64,000 nt of DNA from Felis catus (lineage: Eukaryota), in NCBI RefSeq assembly GCF_018350175.1, contig NC_058373.1:112594001-112658000 (forward strand). Direction: 5' to 3'. Under the pieces are notes generated by a model. That model was not told the origin of the DNA. It did not search any database and saw only the letters and a list, made by a program, of their open reading frames with translations. Below, piece after piece: positions 40,679 through 51,339 of the stretch (the first letter of the stretch is position 1; every line of letters starts with the position of its first letter). Made by a program: the position numbers and the translations under genes.

Positions 40679-41143
40679 CGTATTTACTGGTATTACTATT
40701 TATTTATTGGTATTACTGCCCTTGATTTTTTTCCTCATCCACTTTCAAAGAGGTAGGTAGTTTCTAGTAACCTATCCCCTCTTCCTATTCACAAATAGCA
40801 GGGATCCCATTGAATCAGAAAGTTGACCTACACAGAAAGTATCATTAGTTGGCCATCCTCAAATTTTGCCATGGTATAAACATGGGAGTGAGTTTTCCCA
40901 AGTACCTCCTTGCTGGAAACTGTTTGCACTGGAGGTAAGTGTGAAAGGGGAGGTTGTGGGAAATGATGGGGTGAGGGCTTCCTAAACCTTTCCCAAACCT
41001 CAGAAATTGCTTGATTTTGAGGAATGGAGAAGGTTCAGGCTGGTTCTTATTTCCCTGAACCAGTTCATACAGCCCTAAATTTGACCTGCTTTCCTCAAAC
41101 TGGGAGTCAGAAATCCCTTTTCTCTTCTGTTTTTCTGCTGCAG

Positions 41144-41182
41144 AAATTCCCAACATTCCCATTTTGTGGGCTCCAGAAAGGG
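41144..41182 (+). CDS. GPHN: Gephyrin alternative G2 cassette exon (C5/C5'), 39 nt, phase 0/0, KFPTFPFCGLQKG
   Basis: Pyrimidine tract cccttttctcttctgtttttctgctgcag|AAA and donor GGG|gtaagc. The 13-aa peptide matches the known gephyrin insert after Glu98, the last residue of the upstream exon. Confidence 0.93.
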
Positions 41183-42924
41183 GTAAGCGAAGACTTCAAT
41201 CCCAGCCAATCATTTCCAGATTAATAATTTTTAGTGTTTTGGTTTTTTTTTTTATCATCATGAAGAATGCTTGGACCCATTTTTCCCATCCATTTAATTT
41301 CCTTGTGGATTGTTATGTATCTATGTTCTAGGATCATTCTGTATCCCTGGGCAATAGAGTTCAGATTCATCTGCTATTTCCATTTGTGTGCTGTTCTCTT
41401 GTGGATTCTCATATGCAGTTTATTGATGAGTGTTTCCTAGATGGAAGAAACCCAATTCAGGAGACTGGCTTTACTCTCAATTTCATCTTTTCCTGAATGG
41501 TGTTTTTGTTCCCTGCTGAGAGCTTTTCCTACCCTACACAACTGCTTCTGATGATCTGTCATTGCTTCTCTGCTGTTCTGTCTTATTGCTTTGACTGCCT
41601 TTGATTTTCGCCTCTACTTTTTGCCCCACTTTTATGCATCTGCTGAATGATTTGCATTCTTCACTTACTGGTACTTTGTCTATCAGGAAATGGCCTGATA
41701 CTGCCATATCCATCTGCTATTTTAGCATTTTAGACTACCCAGCATTGTCTATCTGCTCTCCTACCATTCTCCTATATCATGGCCTTCCAAGTGCTACGCT
41801 ATCTGCCTGCTTGATCTTGTCCTGCCCAATTTATGCCTGTGATATTATAAGTAGGTTCAGATTGTTTAGCACTTCTGCTAACTATCTCCACTTGTCTTGT
41901 GCCACTAAGTTGGACTGCTGACTGAGGTTGCTTGACTACTGTCTCCTTTACCTATTTGCTGCCATGGCTGCTTCACTAATTAACTAAAGACATTGCATTC
42001 ATCTCCTATGTAATCAGACTTGCAACTTGCTGATCGGCTCATATTACTTCCTTTATACTTTTCTGCATCTGGTAAATCACTGGCGTTGTTCCTCTGTTGT
42101 CTTGTAACCCTGATCAGATTTTATTTCCAAGAAAAGTGTTGCCTATGTATTGTCCAAACATATCTTAGAAATAGGAAAATGCTTCACTATTTAACAGTCC
42201 AATCCAGTTTACTCCTAAACTGACTTTTAAACTCACTGTCACCATCCTTTCTGCCTTTTTATACAACTCCACATTCTTTCCCTTATTTAACAATAGATTT
42301 TTTTCAAATAATTTATCATCTTTGCCTCAGTTGACCTTTGATATCATATATTGTATACTTTTGTTTCTTGTATATAGGATCTTTCAGTGATTTTCCATAT
42401 ATTAAATTTATTTCATAACTTATTTTCCATGATTTTTCTGGGGCTTCATGAGGATGAGTTACTCCTATTAATTTTTCCTATTTAGTAAGATACAAGAATT
42501 TTTTGAAACTTAAAGTGTCATCTCTAAAAATAATAAATTTAGTTATGATTCTTTGTAGTTAAAGTAGCTTTCCACTGCTCCATTTTTTCCTCTGAGAATA
42601 TCATTTCTCAGCCACCCCATAATTTATGTAATATCACTTCTTTAGAGATTCTTTTGATGTATTTATCTTTCCCTCCTTTTAAACTATATTTTCTTGTGTG
42701 TGGGTAAACTTTAAATTGAATTTCCCCATTATTTGCTAAGTACTTGGCATCTAAGAAGAACTTGAAATACAAAATTATCTGCACTGTGAAGCTTGATGTC
42801 TTATTTACTCATATTTCAATGAAAAACAAGACCAAACAAGAAGTGGAGAAGAATTTTGGTGAAATTTGCAAACAATTCAAGAGTCTGAGGAGATTAGAAG
42901 TGGGGTGTATATGTATGTATGCAA

Positions 42925-42983
42925 GTGTGTGTGTGTGTGTGTATGTGTGTGTGTGTGCGCGCGCACGTGCGCACGCACATGTG
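42925..42983. repeat. (TG)n/(CG)n alternating purine-pyrimidine tract
   Basis: About 59 nt of uninterrupted RY alternation including gcgcgcgcacgtgcgcacgc. Confidence 0.9.
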
Positions 42984-43261
42984 GTGTGTATGTAGATTTT
43001 AAGTGTTCTTTATATGTATCCACAACACCATTGTGCTTGAAGTGTGAAATATTCTGAGTCTCCATATTAAATTTTATTTTATTTTTATGAAAAAGAAATG
43101 GAAAGGAAAAGGCAAAAGCTAAGAAGAGAGTGATAAATTTAGAGAATATAGAAAAAGGGTATGGACACTTGTTTTTTTTCTTTTACTTTAACAATAGAGA
43201 TAAAACTAGTATCAAGAAAAAGGCTGCTGTAAGAAAGTCAAGAAAATCATTTCAATAGCTT

Positions 43262-43781
43262 TTTATTTTTTTTTATTTTGGCAAAATACACATCACATAA
43301 CATTTACTGTTTTTACCATTTTTAAGTGTACAGTTCAGTGGCATTAATACATTTTGTACAGCCATTACCACTATCTGTTTCCAGAATTTTTCATCATCCA
43401 AAACAGAAACTCTCTATACCCATTAAACAGTAACTCCTCATTCCTCACTCCCCCTGTTTTAATATCTGTCTCTGAATTTGTCTGTTCTAGGTGCCTCATA
43501 TAAGTAGAATCATACTATTTTTGTCCTTCTGTGTTTGACTTATTTCACTAAACATCGTATTTTCAAGGTTCATCCATGTGGTAGCATATACCCATTCATT
43601 CCTTTTTAAGACTAATAATATCCCATTTATGTATATACTGCAATGTGTTTATCCATTCATCGGTTGACAGACAACACTTGAGTTGTTTCTTGGCTATTAT
43701 GCATATTACTGCTATGAACATTGGTGTGCAATGTCTGTTTTTCTTTCCATTCTTTGGGTATTTACCTAGAAGTGAACTCCC
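43262..43781 (-). mobile_element. 5'-truncated L1MB-like 3' end
   Basis: ttttaagtgtacagttcagtggcatt...aaggttcatccatgtggtagca; TSD-like tagctttt on both sides. Confidence 0.85.
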
Positions 43782-44042
43782 TAGCTTTTAATATTCTTGT
43801 CTAAGAGGAAATTAAAGACCTCAGGGAAACTATATAAGTAACATGAAAGATGGATAAGTCCAAGATATTGCATTAGGAGCAAAAAATTATAAACTTTTAG
43901 AAAGACACAGAATGCCAAGTGAGATTTAGAAGACCTTATGTTCTAAGAATGAAAGGGAGAATGAAATTGGACAGATGTTGGATGTTTGAAGGACAAAAAA
44001 AAAATCATTCTGAACAATATTGAAAAAAAAATAAACCATCTT

Positions 44043-44240
44043 GGGGCACCTGGGTGGCTCAGTCAGTTAAGCCAACACTTCTGCTCAGGTCATGATCTCG
44101 CAGTTCGTGGGTGCGAGCCCTGCTTCAGGCTCTGTGCTGACTGGAGCCTGGAGAGCCTGCTTCCAATTCTGTGTCTCCTCTCTCTGCCCCTCCCCCACTC
44201 TCACCCTTTCTCTGTCTCTTTCAAAAATAAATATCAAAAA
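44043..44240 (+). mobile_element. CAN-SINE
   Basis: ggggcacctgggtggctcagtcag head and A tail. Confidence 0.93.
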
Positions 44241-47200
44241 AAATATACCAATTTTAGGACAGATGATGACATGTCTTTGAAATGGAATAATGCAGACTTG
44301 TAAAGTAGGTATTTAAATGAAGATAACTGGATTGAGATGAGAGAGCTAGGTTAAGTTTAGAGGAACCAGCAATAGGATTAGGAATTCATTTTAAATTCAG
44401 TGGTACTCAGTTCTGGACACACAGTTTTCTACCTATAGAGATTTTACTAAAAAGATTGCTAGGCCCAACCCCACCAAAGATTCTGACTCATTAAGCTGGA
44501 GATAATGGTTTAGGCACTATGTATATGCATGTGTGTGTGTTTAATCCACTGGTAAAACACAGTGTGAGTTAAATTGAACTCTGTACCATAGTGTCCTAGA
44601 CCTTACAGGAGTTAAAAAGTTGGGAAGAATTGGTCCTTGTCTTCAAGGAGTTTAAAACTGGAGTAGTTTAGTAAGCAAAAAAATTGATTTTGGAAGGAAG
44701 ACTTTCAATCCATTAGGTGATAATGTTTTCACTTTGTTAACTCAACAATTTTTTGGTGATTTTACATACTTTGTCTTGCTTTTCTCAACCAGGGTTTCTC
44801 ATCTAAACTATCAAACACAGAAAATGATTTGTGTGACTTCTCAATCCTCCCAAGGGTGGTACATGAATTAGTTCTATTCTATAAGCATAGGAGAAAAGTT
44901 AATTCATTACTTCCAATAATTCTCTCAGAACCTATTTTAAACAGGCTTGTTCTATGCTATGTAGTCTGTTAGGAGTACATAACACAAAGATAAGGCCCAA
45001 GAGAGGGAAAGAGACATTTAACAAAACAATGAATTTCTAACATCATTTCAAAATTTTGTTATTTTCTTCTAGTTCTTCAGTGAAAACGTTCAAAATCAGA
45101 GTAATTGTATATAAGGAAATTCTAAGCATCTGTGATTCAGGAATAAGAGTATGTTCTATAATTTATGCCTCATCACAACTGGAGGACTCTGGTAATAGTT
45201 TAAATGCCAATAAGCATCTCTTTAATTAAAAACCTGAAGTATTCAGTGGCAGATTAGTGATTCATTGGTAACTGTTAATAAACAGCATTATCTAAACCCA
45301 ATGTTACTAATTTTGTAGTGGAAGAATAGAAAGTGGTTAGAGAAAAATTGATAACTAATGTTCAGGAGGTTGTTCTTGAATGTTATTGCAAGCACAATGA
45401 GGTATTCTCCAGCTGTATATCAATATTGAAAATGTTTGGGAATTTAATTTATACTCACTGTCAACTAAACCTCACTTGAATTCCTGGTGTCAGAATTTCA
45501 GTCCTATTCATTAGTTTTTATTATGAATTTGGTTAATTAGCCATTTGAATTAGGAATTTATTTGTTCTCCCTATATTGATGGGCGCCTTCATACTTGAGA
45601 GCAGTAAGCTTATTCCTACTGCTCACTAAGTCACAATGATTGCTTTAAAGGAATCTCTTTAAAGTGCTATGCCTAAGAAAGTTTTAGTAACCTGTTTTTC
45701 CTCTCATCTCCTGATGTCCTACTAAAGTTGTTTATCTTACCATCATAGCTGAGGGAGGGTCAAAGTTCTCATGTCAGTAGAGAAGCACTAAAATAGAAAT
45801 TACATCCAGAATTAACTTGTTTTCTAAAAAAAAAAAAAATGAATAATTTTAAAAGATTTTGCTTTACTTGTATTTATTCTGGAAAACATTTTTTGTGAAA
45901 AATAAAGATTATGCAGAAATTTTAAGGTATAAGATCTGAGATAAAGGAAAATATAAGAGTAACATTTTATTAAATTTATTTTATTAGTAATAAATATACT
46001 TCTTCTTTTCATCTCTGAAATCCTGTTTTTATTTTGAGAAAAGCTAAACTGAAAGTTGTATAATGTGTTTCTTTTTTATGAAAGTTAACTTGAAAAGACA
46101 GTGTTGTTAACACACTCTTATCCTATAGGACTCAAGTCTTTTGTACATTGAATAACAAAATCCTCTAAATTTCCTTGCAATCAGGAGATTCTTTGTAGGC
46201 AACCACGCCTAATAAACAAGTTGTCATTCTTTCCTTTTCACTCCTGAAGAACAGTGGAAGATATTCAGGACCTTACAAGGAAGTTGTAACTTCCTGATAC
46301 AAACATTTTGTGGAGGTAGTTTTACTCCTTCAGTTTTGAATATAGACAGTGACAATAGCAGGCACTAATAACTAGTCTCTACATCCCCTCATCTCTTTTT
46401 CTCCTTTTTGCTCTCTGTCCATCAGATATTTCAGTGTTGCTGGAAAAAATTAACCCAGTACACCTGTGGTACAAGAGGTCCTATGGAGTGAGAGATATCA
46501 TTGAGGGAAAGTTAATTGCCTCAGCTCTGGAAGCTATTTGATGCAAAGATCCTTTATGTATGTTTAATAGTATTTAATTTCATGAATATCAAAATCAATT
46601 CTTGAAAAGTTCACTGGTTAGATATTTGGATATTTACAAAATACAAACCACTCCCAAACATTTTGTATTTGTCTCTGAATACTTTTTAGATTTCTTGTAA
46701 TATTTAGTTTTTATGAAGAAATAGAGTTTATATTCTATTCATATCAGCAGCATAAAAACATCTCAGGTGTTCAAGAATCAGTTTTTCTTTGGTTTGTTCC
46801 TAGCTATATTATAGGAGTAAATGTGTATTTACTTTGCAGTTAGAAGTAATAATCCCATTATAGACATCTTAAACAAATATTCTGAAAGAAAGTATCTTTT
46901 GTAAGTTAAATTTATATTTTCTCATTCTCAACTTAATGCCTTCTGATCAAAATTAAGATCATTCTTGTGAGGAGATAAAGGCAAAAAGCCTTTTCAGATA
47001 TCTTGCTTCTCATTATGGTTAGTTACTAAAAACTAAAACCCAAGACCATCTGCAGAAAGCTCTTATGTTATTAACAAGAAAATCTGTCTTCAAATGTTCA
47101 TACTTCACAGCGTCAGAATATTAAGAACACAGTATTTTGCATGTAATAGGTGTTCAATAAGAGCATAAAATGATGACTTTTTATTGTGACACAGTAATAA

Positions 47201-47529
47201 AGATGAGATTGTAAAGTATTATAGATGAGATTAAAGATGAGAAGAGTATATGGTCATTTAGGGGAAGGAAAAGGTAGGGATTTTTAAATACTTATCTTGC
47301 CTTATATTAATAGCCTTAAAAGAAACAACACCTATCTTTTTCTGAGTATAGATTTCTGATTATATGGGTTTTTTTCTAAAAAATAATTTGGGAAATATAG
47401 GAAAGCAAAATGAAGTAAATAAAAATCACCAATAATTGATACATAATTATTATCTGGGACTAATTCATTAGTTTTCATATTGAGAACCCATCATATATAC
47501 AGGTTTATATCTTGGGTTTCTAGTTGTTA

Positions 47530-47772
47530 TCATAGCTACTAAAATTTACCGTGTACTTACTACGTTCCAAGCATTGTGATAAGCACTTTATGTAATGTCT
47601 TATTTAATACTAAGAGCAAACCTACAGAATAAGTACTACTTTAGAGGTGAAAAAATTAGTTTTAGAAAGATTAAATCATGAAATAACCCACATCACAGAG
47701 CTAGTAGAAGGTGATAGAATTAGAATTTCATCTAGATAGTCTTGACACCATAGCCCTTGCTTTTTAACCACT
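47530..47772 (-). mobile_element. MIR
   Basis: tacttactacgttccaagcattgtgataagcactttatg...atcacagagctagt...gctttttaaccact. Confidence 0.75.
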
Positions 47773-48391
47773 CTTTTTTTATATAAATTAAGCTTTTTTT
47801 CCATTTAACAACTGTTTTACAAAAAAAAAAATGAGATTTGCCAATCACTACAGAGTATAAGCAAGCTATAATTAATTTCATTTCCTTGTTATTAACCATT
47901 TAGGCTCTTTTTATTTCGTATCATAGACATTCTCTTTATAAATAAATTGTCAAAAACATCTCTGATTATAACTTTAGAAATATTTCCTTCAAATAGAATA
48001 ACTGATTCAGAATTAATTCTCATAATACATAACTGCCAAACTGACCTCAGGAATATATGTATAAATTTATATATTCATACTACCAGTTTTTGGAATTAAA
48101 CATTCATTATTTCTAATCTTAACAGCTTGATGGATGAAAATTATTTGGCTTTATTGGCATATTGTAGACTAACAATGAAACACTTTTCTTGTATTTGTCT
48201 AGTTTTTTTCTTCTTTTGTAAATTGCCTGGTTTTTTTTTTTGTTTTCTTTGGCTCAGTAGCCAATTCTTGAAAGTTGATTCTAATTACAAAGAGATGTTT
48301 AAGAAATTGGTTGTCAGGAAATAATTTTGGCATAATGAGATTTATATTTTAATATATCATTTTGACTATATCATAAATCTAAACCAGTTTA

Positions 48392-48614
48392 GGGGCTCCT
48401 GAGTGGCTTTGTCGGTTTAGCATCTGACTCTTGATTTCAGCTCAGGTCATGATCCCAGGGTTGTGGGATCAAGCCCTGCATCAGGCCCCACAATGAGCAT
48501 GGAGCATGCTTAAGATTATTTCTCTCTATCTCTCTCTCTCCCTGCCCCCGCCATCCCTCTCTCTCCCTCTCTCCCTCTCTCCCTTTGCTCTTCTCTGCCC
48601 CTAGTGCTTGCTCG

Positions 48615-48651
<37 letters not shown>

Positions 48652-48675
48652 AAATAAAAACTATATATACATAAA
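48392..48675 (+). mobile_element. Older CAN-SINE subtype with long (CT)n
   Basis: ctcttgatttcagctcaggtcatgatcccagggttgtgggatcaag; TSD aaa(c/t)cagttta. Confidence 0.93.
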
Positions 48676-49368
48676 AATCAGTTTATTTTCTCTTTTCTCA
48701 AGCTCCATTAACATAATAGTACTCATTTATTTCATTACTTACCCTCTACAGCAGAGGTCAAGTTCAAAAAAATATCCTGAATCAAAGGCATGCAGTTAAT
48801 AAAGTACGAATGCATTATTTTCTATCAAACTAGTTATGTGCATAATGAGGTTTTTTTTCTTCCATAGCTGATGCACAGTGGTTTATTTTATAACTATTCT
48901 TTTCTTATGGGATGCCAATGTTAAATATTGTGTGGATAGAAAATTATTGAAACTTAATATTTCAGAATTAATGATCCATTCATAGATCTAAATCTTAACA
49001 AAATAATTTATCATTAGGACATTGAATATACATAGCTACTTTAGCAGTCATGTTTTTTAAATACCAAATATACAATCCTATTTATACATTTTTTTTTTGC
49101 TCGGCAAACTCATTTTTCTACATACGAATTCCAAAAGAAACAATATTCTTGCATGCAATTAATGTGAATTACCATTTGATTATCTAGACATTTAAAGCAT
49201 TTATAGACTTTTTCAGATAGGTAGAGCTTAATTCCCTCCATTGCTCAAAAGAGCCTGTTCTTTTTTTAGTTGCCCCTCACATGCAAATCATTTCATGCCC
49301 AAAGCTTTTTGGTAAGTGAATCGTTTAACACTTGGCTTGAATTTTTCCACAGAAACATTTATTTATGT

Positions 49369-49580
49369 AAGTGTTTCTCAACCTGGGGATTTTTTGGTGC
49401 CTGAGGAACATTTGGCAATGGCTGGTGACATTTTTGGTTGTTATAACTGAAAGGATGCTACTGACATTAGGTGAATAGAGGTCAGGGATGCTGCTAAATA
49501 TCCTACTATGCCCTGAACAGCCCGTACAACAAAAAATTTTCTGTCCTGAATTGTAATAGTGCAGAAATTGAGAAATCCTC
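49369..49580. mobile_element. hAT MITE (MER20-like)
   Basis: gtgtttctcaacctgggg...aacatttggcaatg...gaggtcagggatgctgctaaa...ttgagaaatcct. Confidence 0.85.
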
Positions 49581-51339
49581 ATTTAATAATAATATTGAGT
49601 ATTCACTGACTGCCAGGCACTGTGCTTGGGGTTGGGGACGCATGTATAGAAAATTATGATCTTAGCACTGAGGGAAGTTACTAGTTAGGTTGAGGATGGT
49701 TACGAAAGGGAAAGAATTGGATAAATAAACTATAACATGATCATCAGTATAGTAACGGTGTGTTTGTGATATATTAGGAGCAGGATAAAGTTCACCTGAG
49801 GGACTTAGGGAAATTTTCAAAGAAATAATATTGGAACTGTTGTTTTTATTGTTCTTATTGTTTGTCTCTTCACTTAAATTTCCAAAAAGCACACAAAAAG
49901 TATAGCTAACAGCTTAATGAATTTTTAAGAAATGAACATACCTGTCTGACCAGCATCCAGATCAAGAAACCAGATTATCAGTATCCCAGATTGAGCCCCG
50001 TTTTGTGTCCCTTTTAGTAACAGCCCAACCCTCAAGAGTAATTACAGTTTTGACTTTTAACATCATTATTTTTGTTTTTTAGTAAACTTTATGCAAATGA
50101 AATCTTATACTGTGTTATCATTTGTATATGGATTCTTTTGCTCAACATTATGTTTATAAACTTGATACATGTAGTTGTTTCTTCATTATCACTACATACA
50201 GTAATTGTTTTTATGACTATGCCAATATATATTAAACAACCATAAAGACACAATTGCTGAGATCTTAAGTCTGCCAATAGATCAGTCTGACTGCAGAAAG
50301 GGATATGAAGGGGAAGTGGCAAGAGAGAGCCTGGGGAGGTAGGTAAGGCCAAATGATGGACGCTGTCTGTGTCTTATAAAAGGCATTTGGGTTTTTTTCT
50401 AGTAGAAAATAAAGATTGTTTTGAAAGATGTTAAACAGCAATGAATGTAGTGAGATTTACATTTTACAAAGACCGCTTTTGGTAGAATAGAGAATGAGTT
50501 AAATGGGCATAAACTTAGCTATAACATTAATCAGGAGGTTATTAAAATATTCAAACAAAACATGCTGAGTAGCTAAATGAAGACAAGAGTAGATAGGGAT
50601 AGATTACTTTCTGGGGATAAAATTAATAGCACTTTTTGACTAACTGGGTATGGAATTTGCAAAGGTTAGTTTCCTGAGCCAACTTCCAAAATCCTATATG
50701 TGTTACTGAAATATAAAATATGTACAGTGAAGAAAAATGATAGAATTCAATGTCAGCAATTAAAATTGAATTCAAAATAACATCCAAGTTTATCTATAGT
50801 ATTCAAACTTGTAGAAAAACATTTATTATTAGTTGAAAATGAATACATTGATGAAATCTTCTTGGAGAATCCATATGATCCATAGAATCATAGACTAGTA
50901 ACCGTCTAGACCAAGTCTAAACTAAAGGTAGTAGCTTTTATTTTTCATTTTAATTTCAAATTTATGACTTTTTTCTGTTGTTCCAGAATTTCACTATTTT
51001 TATTTTATTTTTATCTCTCACTAAATTTATACATTTAGTCATGAAGCAGGTGGGTTTTGGCTCGGGAAGAAAAAAATGAGACAAGTGCGTGTGTGTTGGT
51101 GCATACACCAAAAGCAAGAGCTGAGAAAGGAAGAAAGTAAAATATTGTATCGATATGAATTAGAAAGAAACTATCTAAAGTGGAGTTAACAGAGTTCCCA
51201 GTCATTATTTCTAGGTTTGAGATTACTGTCTTTTACTTTTTTTGTACATGCATCCCTAAAGAGAATAAAGGCAGTGAGTCAGAAAGCTTGGCAATAGTAT
51301 TACTTCAAAGAGGTATTTATTGCAGAGACAGTGGTTAAG

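Noticed and set aside
41024..41224. 66-aa ORF as a stand-alone gene
   Set aside because: Only the internal 13 codons (G2 cassette) are supported.
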